From: Candidatus Magasanikbacteria bacterium RIFOXYC2_FULL_42_28
GTDB lineage: Bacteria > Patescibacteriota > Patescibacteriia > Magasanikbacterales > GWA2-37-8
Assembly: GCA_001784435.1 (NCBI GenBank)
Contig: MFQZ01000001.1
Location: 220,742-284,741, forward strand
Length of the DNA: 64,000 nucleotides
Direction: 5' to 3'
The notes below the pieces were generated by a model. That model saw only the letters and a program-made list of their open reading frames with translations, had not been told where the DNA came from and made no database searches. The translations under genes and the position numbers were made by a program. Positions 47,446-58,997 of the stretch are shown in pieces. Positions within the stretch are counted from its first letter, which is position 1, and every line of letters starts with the position of its first letter.

Positions 47446-47886
47446 ATGAACGGCATCGTTATCACGACAATAAAAAACCAAGACGAAATCGAATTCCTGC
47501 GTGGCCGGCAATCATTTGAATATACTTATAACGATGAAACCATTGATTCACTTAAAAAACATTTTGACCCGGAAAACAGTTTATATTTGCTCGCAAAAAA
47601 AGGAAGTGAATTTGCAGCTTTTTGTTCGATTGATAGAGGCTGGTGGGAAGAAAATATCTTTTTCATTCGTGAAATTTTAGTAGACCAGAATTTTCAAAAA
47701 CTTGGAATAGGAGAAAAATTAATGCAAAAATGTATAGAATACGCCAAAAGTAAAGGCACAATTGGAGTAGTCACAGAAACTGATTTTAAAAATAAACCGA
47801 TGCAAGGATTGTGCAAAAAACTCGGCTTCAAAGAATGGAATAACCCCCAGTGGAAAAATGGTATTGCTTATAGATTAATATTTTGA
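47446..47886 (+). CDS. GNAT N-acetyltransferase
   Basis: VDQNFQKLGIG and N-PMQGLCKKLGF motifs. Confidence 0.85.
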   Translation: MNGIVITTIKNQDEIEFLRGRQSFEYTYNDETIDSLKKHFDPENSLYLLAKKGSEFAAFCSIDRGWWEENIFFIREILVDQNFQKLGIGEKLMQKCIEYAKSKGTIGVVTETDFKNKPMQGLCKKLGFKEWNNPQWKNGIAYRLIF

Positions 47887-47889
47887 CCC

Positions 47890-48363
47890 ATGCCCAAAAT
47901 AATCGTAATCCGCGGCCCACTCGGCGTTGGCAAAACCACGGTCGCCAAAATTTTAGCGCAAAAACTTGACGCTCAATATTTATCGTTGGACAAAATTTTG
48001 GATGATAATGATTTAGCGCCCGCGGACGGAATTCCGATTGAAAATTTTTTAAAAGCCAACGAAATAATTTTGGATTTAGTTGGGCAAAGTAATGAAACTT
48101 TTATAATTGACGGCTGTTTTTACTACCAAGAACAAATTGACGACTTGCAAAAAAAATTTAACGACCAAGTGGTATTTTTTACACTCATGAGTACGGTGGA
48201 AAAATGTATTGAGAGAGATGCCAAACGTGAAAAAATTTACGGCGAGGATTCGGCTCGGTATGTGTATGATATTACCAGTAAAATTCATACTGGCCAGGAA
48301 ATTGATAATACTAATTTGACCGCGAAAGAAACGGTGGACAAAATAATGAAGTATTTAAAATAA
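47890..48363 (+). CDS. P-loop small-molecule kinase
   Basis: GPLGVGKTT, IIDG and CIERDAKR motifs. Confidence 0.85.
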   Translation: MPKIIVIRGPLGVGKTTVAKILAQKLDAQYLSLDKILDDNDLAPADGIPIENFLKANEIILDLVGQSNETFIIDGCFYYQEQIDDLQKKFNDQVVFFTLMSTVEKCIERDAKREKIYGEDSARYVYDITSKIHTGQEIDNTNLTAKETVDKIMKYLK

Positions 48364-48367
48364 AATT

Positions 48368-49084
48368 ATGGACAATCCCACTATTCAATCATCGGCTACT
48401 GCCTTTGCCAGAAAAAATAGAAAAAGAATCGCGAAGGAACGAACGGACAAAAATAAATATCAACCGGACGAAACGCCGGTCTCGGTATTTATGGCCGGAT
48501 CCCCTGGCGCCGGAAAAACTGAATTTTCTAAAAACATCATCTCCATTCTTGAGAAAGGCAGAAAACACCAGGTAATCCGAATTGATGGCGACGACATCCG
48601 CCACGAACTACCTGGATATACTGGCAACAATTCCTATTTATTTCAAAGCGCCATATCATTGATTGTGGAAAAAATTCATGACTTTGTTTTAACACAAAAA
48701 CAAAGTTTCGTCCTAGACGGAACTTTTTCAAAACATACCAAAGCCGCTGAAAATATTAAACGTTCTTTAGACAAAGGACGCGGGGTGTTTATTTTCTATG
48801 TCTATCAACATCCAGCCACCGCTTGGAAATTTACGGAAAAACGCGAACAAGCCGAGGGACGCAATATACCAAAAGAATCATTTATTGAACAATTTATCGG
48901 GGCCAAGGAAACGATAAACCAAATTATAGAAAAATTTGGTGAAAAAGTGACTGTTTTTCTTGTAAAAAAGGACTATGAAAAAAATACAGTCGAAGAAGTT
49001 GTAAAAATAGAACCAAACGACCAGCCGATTGACGAATATATCAAAGAACGGTATAATAAAGAAGACCTAGAAAAAATGATATGA
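48368..49084 (+). CDS. Zeta-toxin family P-loop kinase
   Basis: MAGSPGAGKTE, IDGDDIR, VLDGT and R...EGRNIP motifs. Confidence 0.85.
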   Translation: MDNPTIQSSATAFARKNRKRIAKERTDKNKYQPDETPVSVFMAGSPGAGKTEFSKNIISILEKGRKHQVIRIDGDDIRHELPGYTGNNSYLFQSAISLIVEKIHDFVLTQKQSFVLDGTFSKHTKAAENIKRSLDKGRGVFIFYVYQHPATAWKFTEKREQAEGRNIPKESFIEQFIGAKETINQIIEKFGEKVTVFLVKKDYEKNTVEEVVKIEPNDQPIDEYIKERYNKEDLEKMI

Positions 49085-49266
49085 GTATATTTAGTTTTTT
49101 TGCGGCAACAAAAGAAAAACAAAAAACCGGCGAATTCGCCAGATTCTTTTTGCACGCTTCTGAAAAAGAAAAAAAGCAAGTATTCAAAGACGCGGCCAGA
49201 CGAGCAAACGAAGACCAACGCGCACTCGTTAAAAACGTCAAAGAACTTCAACATAAGGCCACCTGA
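49081..49266 (+). CDS. 61-aa protein coupled to the zeta gene, possible partner or antitoxin
   Basis: ATGA overlap; helical and charged (FARFFLHASEKEKKQVF). Confidence 0.65.
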   Translation: MSIFSFFAATKEKQKTGEFARFFLHASEKEKKQVFKDAARRANEDQRALVKNVKELQHKAT

Positions 49267-49279
49267 CAAGGTGGCCTTT
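49255..49279 (+). terminator. Hairpin closing the zeta pair
   Basis: AAGGCCACCT-GACA-AGGTGGCCTT. Confidence 0.7.
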
Positions 49280-49309
49280 CTTGATATTATATACGGATAA
49301 AAAAATAAC

Positions 49310-49693
49310 ATGCTTTTCAAAACCGTCAATCACGTCGCCATTATCGCCTCCGATTTGGAAATTTCCAGAAATTTTTACATTGGCAAACTTGGTTTTAAAT
49401 TAATTAAAACAATTGACCGGTCAGAAAGACAATCAACGATTTTATATTTAGACGCGGGAAACATTATAATTGAATTAATGTCTTTCCCCAATCCCCCAAA
49501 ACGCCCGGCCTGGCCAGAAGCTTGCGGTTTGCGACACTTAGCATTTGATGTGGAAAATTTTGATGAAATGATAACGAAATTAAACGAGCTTGGTATCACG
49601 ACCGAACAACCTCGCGTTGACGCGCGCACGGGAAAAAGATTGACTTTTTTTAATGATCCGGATAATTTACCGCTGGAAATTTGTGAGATGTAA
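49310..49693 (+). CDS. VOC/glyoxalase family protein
   Basis: HVAII, GLRHLAF and DPDNLPLE motifs. Confidence 0.9.
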   Translation: MLFKTVNHVAIIASDLEISRNFYIGKLGFKLIKTIDRSERQSTILYLDAGNIIIELMSFPNPPKRPAWPEACGLRHLAFDVENFDEMITKLNELGITTEQPRVDARTGKRLTFFNDPDNLPLEICEM

Positions 49694-49697
49694 TTTT

Positions 49698-50330
49698 ATG
49701 AAAAAACTTAAATGGATATTACCAATATTAATCTTCACGACTCTCGCTATCATTTGGCTTGCCGATTTTAAAATTGAACACGCTACCAATGATTTAACAT
49801 ATAATGACGCCACCGAAATCCCCCACAACAAAGTCGGCCTACTTTTAGGAACCACAAAATACGCCCCATCCGGACAATTAAACGGCTACTTTGTTTACCG
49901 CATCCAAGCGGCCGTTGACTTGTTTAATAACCAAAAAATTGATAACATTGTGATTAGTGGCGATAACGGCACCAAAAAATATAACGAGCCGGAGGATATG
50001 AAAAATGAATTAGTGGCGCGTGGCATTCCGGAGAACAAAATATATTTGGACTACGCCGGTTTTCGGACTTATGATTCGGTCGTGCGATTAAATAAAATTT
50101 TTGGCCAAGATAAATTTACGATTATATCCCAAGAATTTCACAACCGGCGCGCAATATATATCGCCCAAGCCAAAAATTTAGAAGCCGTCGGGTATAACGC
50201 GAAAGATATCAATACTTACCGCGGATTGCGGACAAAATTGCGCGAAAAATTAGCGCGCGTCAAGGTATTTATTGATCTACTGACAAATAAACAACCAAAA
50301 TTTTTAGGCGAAGAAATTGAAATAAAATAA
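49698..50330 (+). CDS. SanA-like (DUF218) membrane protein
   Basis: LLLGT, SGDNG, YNEP, DYAGFRTYDS and SQEFHNRRA; ATG 49698 preferred. Confidence 0.88.
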   Translation: MKKLKWILPILIFTTLAIIWLADFKIEHATNDLTYNDATEIPHNKVGLLLGTTKYAPSGQLNGYFVYRIQAAVDLFNNQKIDNIVISGDNGTKKYNEPEDMKNELVARGIPENKIYLDYAGFRTYDSVVRLNKIFGQDKFTIISQEFHNRRAIYIAQAKNLEAVGYNAKDINTYRGLRTKLREKLARVKVFIDLLTNKQPKFLGEEIEIK

Positions 50331-50337
50331 TTAAAAC

Positions 50338-50370
50338 AAAAAAATCAGCTGACACACGCGCTGATTTTTT
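50338..50370. terminator. Bidirectional terminator between convergent genes
   Basis: AAAAAAATCAGC / GCTGATTTTTT. Confidence 0.75.
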
Positions 50371-50380
50371 AATATATTTT

Positions 50381-51004
50381 TTAGATCCCGTAAGTAAACA
50401 AGCTAATCAACGCGAAACCAATCGCGAACCCAAACAGCCAAAAAGCGACCGCAAATAACAATGGGAAATCCAACAAAAGCGCGAGCAAAACCAAAAATGT
50501 CGCCACCACTTGTAGCCACATTTTTATTTTCCCCCAAACATTCGCCATCCGCGTAATGTGAAAATATTGATGCGAAATATACGCGGCGATAATAAACAAA
50601 ATTTCTACGACCAAAATTGTCAAACCCAACCAATCGGGAAAATAACGAAACACCAAAAGCAAAACCATTGAACCGATCAATAGTTTATCGGCCAAAGGAT
50701 CAAATAATTTGCCAAAATCGGTAATTTGACCACGCATCCGCGCCATTGAGCCATCCATGGCATCGGTAAAAGCGGTTAAAATAAACAGAGTCGCGCCCCA
50801 AGCGTAATGATTGAACAACACCAACAAAAATACCGGCGGAGTCATAATTATGCGCAAAACCGTTAAGCGGTTGGGGGTGACGCTCGGTGGCAGATAACGC
50901 AATAAATACCGATACAAAAAAACATCGTGAACATGGCGTTCAGTTGATTTTTGATAAACAAACAGATCGTCGTGATGATTTTTGAAATTATCAATCCATT
51001 CCAT
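50381..51004 (-). CDS. CDP-alcohol phosphatidyltransferase (PgsA-like)
   Basis: TPNRLT and DAMDGSMAR...G---DPLADK. Confidence 0.9.
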   Translation of the reverse strand: MEWIDNFKNHHDDLFVYQKSTERHVHDVFLYRYLLRYLPPSVTPNRLTVLRIIMTPPVFLLVLFNHYAWGATLFILTAFTDAMDGSMARMRGQITDFGKLFDPLADKLLIGSMVLLLVFRYFPDWLGLTILVVEILFIIAAYISHQYFHITRMANVWGKIKMWLQVVATFLVLLALLLDFPLLFAVAFWLFGFAIGFALISLFTYGI

Positions 51005-51024
51005 ACGATAATTAGTATATCAAA

Positions 51025-53079
51025 TTATAGACGTTTCTTCAATTCTCCAATCTCATCCCGCAAAATCGCGGCCAATTCAAATTCCAATTCTTTGGCGGCT
51101 TTGCGCATTTCCATTTCTTTTTCTTTGATTATTTCCGGCAAGGGCCGCGTGTCGCCTTTTAGGTCTAATTCCAAAATTTTCTTGGCCCTACTGTGCCCGC
51201 GTTTGCCCGCGCCCGCCGTCCGCGTCAAACCAAACTCACTTAAAATATCGCGAATATTTTTTTGAATGGTTTTGGGCGTGATATTATGTTTTTTGTTATA
51301 GGCAATTTGCACGGTTCGCCGCCGATCAGTTTCCGACAACGCGCGTTTAATTGAACCGGTGATACTGTCGGCATACAGCACTACTTGGCCATTGACATTG
51401 CGCGCCGCCCGGCCGATAGTTTGAATTAAACTCGTTTCAGAACGCAAAAACCCTTCTTTGTCCGCATCCAAAATAGCCACCAGCGACACCTCGGGCAAAT
51501 CCAAACCCTCGCGCAACAAATTCACCCCGACAATCACATCAATTTTCCCGCGCCGCAGATCAGTAATAATTTCAATACGTTCCAAAGTATCAATTTCACT
51601 GTGAAGATACTTTACTTTCACACCTTTTTTCAACAAATAATCATTTAAATCCTCGGCCATTTTTTTGGTGAGCGTCGTGACCAAAACGCGCTCATTAATT
51701 TTTACGCGCTCGTCGATACGAATAATTAAATCATCAATTTGAGACAAGCCACTCTCGCTATTTTTGATTTTTGATATTTTATTTTTGATATTTCCCCCCG
51801 TCACCGGCCTAATAATCACCTCCGGATCAATCAACCCCGTCGGACGCACAATTTGTTCCACCACTTGTTCACTTTCTTTAATTTCAAACACCGACGGCGT
51901 GGCCGAAACAAAAATCATTTTGTTCACGCGCTTTTCAAATTCCGGATAAGTAAGCGGACGATTGTCGCGCGCTGACGGCAATCTAAACCCATGCTCAATC
52001 AAAGTGTTTTTACGCGCCCGATCGCCATTAAACATTCCGCCGATTTGCGGAATAGTAACATGCGATTCATCCACCACTGTTAAAAAATCCTTATCGCACT
52101 CGCGAAAATAATCCAACAAAGTAAACGGCGCGTCCCCAACAGCGCGCCCATCAAAATATCGCGAATAATTTTCAATCCCACTGCAATAACCAATATTTTT
52201 TATCATCTCCAAATCATAACGCGTCCGGCGTTTTAGACGTTCGTGTTCCAAAACTTTGCCTGCGTCTTCAAAATATTTTAATTGATCTTCCAAATCACTG
52301 CGAATTTGCGCAAAAGCCCGTTCGGTATCTGACGGCGATGCTACATAATGTTTGGTGGAATACAGCCAAACCTCACTCGCATCGCGCACCACTTTTCGCG
52401 TTACCACATCCAAAATTTCCACACGCGCAATTTTATCCGAAATTTCTAAACGATAAATTTTTTCTTCATGCGCCGGCACAATTTCTAATACGGGACCTCG
52501 CAAACGAAATTGTCCGCGCGCCAAATCCCCATTCGTCCGTTCAAATTGCAAATCCACTAATTTTCGCACAACACCATTGCGATCAATTTTCTGTCCCAAT
52601 TCCAACCGCAAAGCCGAACGCAAATATTCCGTGGGTGAGCCCAGACTGTAAATCGCCGACACGGACGAAACCACAATCACATCTTTGCGCGACAGTAACG
52701 CCTGCGTGCACGCATGACGCAAACGATCAATTTCTTGGTTAATCATCGCCTCTTTTTCAATATAGGTGTCTGAACCCGGCATATATGCCTCGGGCTGGTA
52801 ATAATCATAATAAGAAACAAAATATTCCACGGCGCTACCCGGAAAAAATTCGCGGAATTCATTACACAACTGCGCGGCCAAAGTTTTGTTGTGCGCCATT
52901 ACCAAAGTCGGCAACTGCGTTTTTTCAATGACGTTGGCAATCGTAAAAGTTTTGCCCGAACCCGTTACACCCAACAATGTCTGTCGACTCATACCCGAAT
53001 CCAAACCAGCGGTTAATTTCTTAATCGCTTGTGGTTGGTCGCCGGCCGGCTTCATTTTTGTTTTAAGTTTAAATTTCAT
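51025..53079 (-). CDS. uvrB: Excinuclease ABC subunit B
   Basis: GVTGSGKT, YYDYYQPEAY, DESH and QTIGRAAR. Start moved to ATG 53079 because the upstream extension is repeat-derived. Confidence 0.97.
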   Translation of the reverse strand: MKFKLKTKMKPAGDQPQAIKKLTAGLDSGMSRQTLLGVTGSGKTFTIANVIEKTQLPTLVMAHNKTLAAQLCNEFREFFPGSAVEYFVSYYDYYQPEAYMPGSDTYIEKEAMINQEIDRLRHACTQALLSRKDVIVVSSVSAIYSLGSPTEYLRSALRLELGQKIDRNGVVRKLVDLQFERTNGDLARGQFRLRGPVLEIVPAHEEKIYRLEISDKIARVEILDVVTRKVVRDASEVWLYSTKHYVASPSDTERAFAQIRSDLEDQLKYFEDAGKVLEHERLKRRTRYDLEMIKNIGYCSGIENYSRYFDGRAVGDAPFTLLDYFRECDKDFLTVVDESHVTIPQIGGMFNGDRARKNTLIEHGFRLPSARDNRPLTYPEFEKRVNKMIFVSATPSVFEIKESEQVVEQIVRPTGLIDPEVIIRPVTGGNIKNKISKIKNSESGLSQIDDLIIRIDERVKINERVLVTTLTKKMAEDLNDYLLKKGVKVKYLHSEIDTLERIEIITDLRRGKIDVIVGVNLLREGLDLPEVSLVAILDADKEGFLRSETSLIQTIGRAARNVNGQVVLYADSITGSIKRALSETDRRRTVQIAYNKKHNITPKTIQKNIRDILSEFGLTRTAGAGKRGHSRAKKILELDLKGDTRPLPEIIKEKEMEMRKAAKELEFELAAILRDEIGELKKRL
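51761..51793 (-). repeat. Family B-type tract, in frame in uvrB (NIKNKISKIKN)
   Basis: TTTTTGA TTTTTGA TATTTTA TTTTTGA TATTT, between the conserved IRP and QIDDL segments. Confidence 0.75.
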
Positions 53080-53133
53080 TTGATATTTGAATTTTGAAAT
53101 TGATTGGAAATTGGAAATTTGGATTTTGACATT
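53078..53133. repeat. Family B tract between rodA and uvrB
   Basis: ATTTGAT ATTTGAA TTTTGAA ... TTGGAAA TTGGAAA TTTGGAT TTTGACA. Confidence 0.85.
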
Positions 53134-53137
53134 ATCA

Positions 53138-54232
53138 CTAATATCTTCGCACCACCATACTCTCCACCATCCCAATCATCAACAAATTAACAATCAAAGA
53201 AGAACCACCATAAGACACAAACGGCAAGGTAACACCGGTAACCGGCAATAACCCTAAATTCGCCCCCACATTAACAATAAATTGCCCGAACAACGCCACG
53301 GCCACACCGGAAATAAAAACAGCGTAAAAGTCGTCGCCACTTGAAGCCGCCAAGCGCAACAAACGCCACAATAAAAATCCAAACAAGACAATCACGGCCG
53401 CCGCGCCGGCAAAACCCAATTCTTCGGCAATGGACGCGAAAATAAAATCGGTCTGCGCTTCTGGCAAAAATTTTAATTGCGACTGCGAACCAAAACCCAA
53501 GCCCCTCCCAAACAAACGTCCGGAACCAATGGCAATAGTGGCTTGGGCGGTATTATAACCGGCACCCAGCGGATCACGCGCCGGATCAATAAAAGTAAGC
53601 ACCCGATCTTTTTGATAAGGCGCGAGTAAAAAAAACCAAGTTGCCACGCCCACGCCCACTAACAAAATCAATAACCCCATAATATATGAACGACGCACAC
53701 CCACAAGTACCATTGTTCCAAACCAAATCATGCCGGCAATAACCGCTGATCCCAAATCCGGTTGGAATAAAATTAAAATCACCGCGCTACCGGTAATGAT
53801 AGCCGTACCAAAGAAAAATAACGGGCGTTCAAAGCGACGACCGAAATTAGCCACCACATAAGCCAAAATTAAAATCAAACCCAGTTTAGCCAATTCCACC
53901 GGTTGGAAACTAAAACCATAAAAAGTAAACCAACCGGTCGTACCGCGAATATTTTCGCCAAAAAAAAGCACGGCCAAAAGTAAAATTAAACAAAAACCAT
54001 AAAACCATTTAGCATAAGCGCGCCAAAAATTCGGCGCGGTCGCGCTTGCCCCAAAAAATAATACCAAACCAATCCCGACCGCCAACAATTGCCTTTTTAA
54101 TAAAACCAATTCCGTCCCCCGCGACAAGTCAATACTATAAATTGCCGTTAAGCCCACGGCCGAAAGCAAAAAAACAGCCAACGCGAGCGGCCAATCAAAA
54201 TTACGCCAAGAATATTTTGCAAAAAAACCCAT
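53138..54232 (-). CDS. rodA: SEDS family peptidoglycan polymerase RodA
   Basis: FQPVELAK, QPDLGS, LPEAQTDFIF and LPFVSYGGSS motifs. Confidence 0.88.
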   Translation of the reverse strand: MGFFAKYSWRNFDWPLALAVFLLSAVGLTAIYSIDLSRGTELVLLKRQLLAVGIGLVLFFGASATAPNFWRAYAKWFYGFCLILLLAVLFFGENIRGTTGWFTFYGFSFQPVELAKLGLILILAYVVANFGRRFERPLFFFGTAIITGSAVILILFQPDLGSAVIAGMIWFGTMVLVGVRRSYIMGLLILLVGVGVATWFFLLAPYQKDRVLTFIDPARDPLGAGYNTAQATIAIGSGRLFGRGLGFGSQSQLKFLPEAQTDFIFASIAEELGFAGAAAVIVLFGFLLWRLLRLAASSGDDFYAVFISGVAVALFGQFIVNVGANLGLLPVTGVTLPFVSYGGSSLIVNLLMIGMVESMVVRRY

Positions 54233-54250
54233 AGTGATAATATTCTCGGT

Positions 54251-55216
54251 TTACCGCGCTGGAACAATATATTCTGATTTATTGTATAAATTAATCAGCG
54301 GATAAACCACCACTTCGGACGCGGAAATATTGTCGGCAAAAGTGCGAATATCAACCGCCCGCCGACTTTGCGCCGTAAAGTTAGAAATTTGTAAAGGAGA
54401 AACCCCGGTCAAATCATTATTTTGCAAAAAAGCCACATAAAAATCCGGCTCGGTATAACCATAAGCAGAATTATTGGTTAAACTGAATTGCACCACGCCG
54501 GCATTGGCCTGACCATAAGTGGCCGGCACAAAAGTAAGATCAGACACGCTAAAATTCAACCGCTCGCTCTGCCAAGTAATACTATCAGGTATAGTGTGGC
54601 TGTCAATCCTTTGCCAGCGCACATTTTGAATAATAATATCACCTACCCCCGGACTAAAACTCTCATAACCAAAAAATACCAACGGCCGGGACTCGCCCGC
54701 CATAAACACTGCCGACTGCGCCGGCGTGGACGTACCATCTACCGCGAAAAAATAATCAAACGCTACCCTAAAACGAGCGTTGGGATTAGTAACTGTCGAA
54801 ATTAAATCATATTTACCCACCCCACCCGGCAAACCCAGCGGACTGCCAATTTGTAAAGGGGCGGCCCCGTAATGTTCATGCAAAACTGTATAATCTGGAA
54901 ATTGCGATAACTGTAACGCTAAATTTTCATCGCTTCTTAACCCCACAACGGCGTAAGTTACCCAATGAATTAAGCTGGGTACCCAAAGTAAAATGTTGAC
55001 GCCAATAATAATTCCAAACAGCCACTTACGCAAAGTAAATTTATGTTTTACATACCACATCGCTCGCTCAAATTCTTTTTCTTTAAACTCTCCGGTCGGG
55101 TCTTCATACTTGGAAAAATGGGTCGTCGCTGTCGGTAATCCAACACCGGTCGCGCCGGGTTTATTGGTAAATTTATCGTCTAATTGACTATACATAATAA
55201 TTAGTAATTTATACAA
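54251..55216 (-). CDS. Single-TM hypothetical protein with a beta-rich extracellular part
   Basis: 321-aa ORF; start uncertain (55216 or 55195). Confidence 0.75.
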   Translation of the reverse strand: MYKLLIIMYSQLDDKFTNKPGATGVGLPTATTHFSKYEDPTGEFKEKEFERAMWYVKHKFTLRKWLFGIIIGVNILLWVPSLIHWVTYAVVGLRSDENLALQLSQFPDYTVLHEHYGAAPLQIGSPLGLPGGVGKYDLISTVTNPNARFRVAFDYFFAVDGTSTPAQSAVFMAGESRPLVFFGYESFSPGVGDIIIQNVRWQRIDSHTIPDSITWQSERLNFSVSDLTFVPATYGQANAGVVQFSLTNNSAYGYTEPDFYVAFLQNNDLTGVSPLQISNFTAQSRRAVDIRTFADNISASEVVVYPLINLYNKSEYIVPAR

Positions 55217-55295
55217 TACCTATATTATACACGAAAAACACCGTAAAGAAAACCCTTGTGCGTGGACTTAAAATATGATAGAATATAGTTGTTAA

Positions 55296-57578
<2,283 letters not shown>

Positions 57579-57674
57579 TGCCACTCTTGACTTCTCGGCC
57601 AAAGTATGCTATACTATATCCATACTATAAAACGGCCTCAAGGGCTGTTTTAAAATAGAAAATAACAAAAATCT

Positions 57675-57869
57675 ATGAACATCGTAACTTCTACCAAAAA
57701 CTATCTCCTCGGCTCTTACGAAGAAATGAAAAAGGTCTCTTGGCCCACTAAAAAACAAACCATCAATTACAGTTGGCTGGTTGTTGGCTTGTCTGTCGGC
57801 GTGGCCATATTTTTCGCTGTGCTGGATTATATTTTCAATCTCGGCATCGAGCAAATCATCGTTCTTTAA
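57675..57869 (+). CDS. secE: Preprotein translocase subunit SecE
   Basis: EMKKVSWPT plus one TM; lies upstream of nusG. Confidence 0.93.
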   Translation: MNIVTSTKNYLLGSYEEMKKVSWPTKKQTINYSWLVVGLSVGVAIFFAVLDYIFNLGIEQIIVL

Positions 57870-57902
57870 ATCGTTTTTTGAGTTTAGAATTTTTTAAAAG
57901 CT

Positions 57903-58448
57903 ATGGCCAAGCAAACCCTAAACCTCGGCAAACGCTGGTATGTGCTCCACACTTACAGTGGCTACGAGGAAAATGTTAAACAAAATTTAGAAACTCGTAT
58001 TGAGTCCTTTGACATGCAGGACAAAGTTTTTGGCGTCATCGTTCCAAAAGAAAAAAAGATTAAAATTAAAAATGGCAAACGCACCACTGTCGAAGAAAAA
58101 ATTTTCCCGGGTTATGTTTTAATTGAAATGCTTGTTACGGATGATTCTTGGTATATGGTGCGCAACACCCCCAATGTTACCGGCTTCGTCGGCTCGGGCA
58201 CTACTCCCACTCCGATTGATCAAAAAGAAGTTGATAAATTGTTAAAACGCGTCAACGCCACCGAAGCCCAACACAAAATTGATGTGGCGGTTAACGATGT
58301 GGTGCGCATTACGGACGGTCCATTTAAGAATTTTGAAGGCAAGGTCTCTAATGTGGATGAAGAACGCGGTAAAATCAAAGTCATGGTTACCATGTTCGGC
58401 CGTGAAACGCCAGTGGAATTGGACGCCTTACAAGTTAAAAAAATCTAA
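57903..58448 (+). CDS. nusG: Transcription factor NusG
   Basis: WYVLHTYSGYE, FPGYV, KOW and FGRETPVEL motifs. Confidence 0.97.
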   Translation: MAKQTLNLGKRWYVLHTYSGYEENVKQNLETRIESFDMQDKVFGVIVPKEKKIKIKNGKRTTVEEKIFPGYVLIEMLVTDDSWYMVRNTPNVTGFVGSGTTPTPIDQKEVDKLLKRVNATEAQHKIDVAVNDVVRITDGPFKNFEGKVSNVDEERGKIKVMVTMFGRETPVELDALQVKKI

Positions 58449-58488
58449 TAATCTATCCGGTTGGCCAACGGGGCGCTTCTCAATCGTA

Positions 58489-58520
58489 TTAGAATTTAGA
58501 GTTTAGTATTTAGAATTTAA
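58489..58520. repeat. Family B half-element upstream of rplK
   Basis: TTAGAA TTTAGAG TTTAGTA TTTAGAA TTTAA. Confidence 0.85.
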
Positions 58521-58527
58521 AAATATT

Positions 58528-58950
58528 ATGGCAAAAAAATTACTTACCCAAATCAAATTGCAAATCGTCGGTGGAGCGGCCAATCCCGCGCCTCCAATCG
58601 GTCCAGCTTTAGGCCAGCACGGTTTGAACATTCAAGGATTCTGCAAAGAATTCAACGATAAAACTCAAGACAAAAAAGGCGAAGTGGTGCCGGTGGTTAT
58701 CAATGTATATGCCGACCGTACCTACGATTTTGTCATGAAAACCCCGCCGGTCGCGGAACTCATCAAAAAAGCGGCCAAAATTACCAAAGGTTCCGCCAAG
58801 CCCCTGCAAGATAAGGTTGGTAAAATCACCAAAGCGCAAGTCCGCGAAATCGCGGAAAAGAAAATGCCTGACTTGAACGCCAACGACGTTGAAGGCGCGA
58901 TGAAAATGGTAGAAGGCACAGCGCGACAAATGGGTGTGGTGGTTGAATAG
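58528..58950 (+). CDS. rplK: 50S ribosomal protein L11
   Basis: [16 protein letters not shown] and GTARQMG motifs. Confidence 0.97.
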   Translation: MAKKLLTQIKLQIVGGAANPAPPIGPALGQHGLNIQGFCKEFNDKTQDKKGEVVPVVINVYADRTYDFVMKTPPVAELIKKAAKITKGSAKPLQDKVGKITKAQVREIAEKKMPDLNANDVEGAMKMVEGTARQMGVVVE

Positions 58951-58966
58951 AATTAAATAAAAAACA

Positions 58967-58996
58967 AAAAAATATCCCTACTGGGATATTTTTTTG
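58967..58996. terminator. Bidirectional terminator between rplK and queA
   Basis: AAAAAAATATCCC / GGGATATTTTTTT. Confidence 0.8.
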
Positions 58997-58997
58997 T

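Noticed and set aside
45835-50330. Integron cassette array
   Set aside because: Spacers are too short, no RYYYAAC...GTTRRRY hairpins were seen, and there is no integrase.
57579-57674. tRNA upstream of secE
   Set aside because: No cloverleaf or T-loop; only a TTGACT...TATACT promoter-like sequence and a short hairpin.
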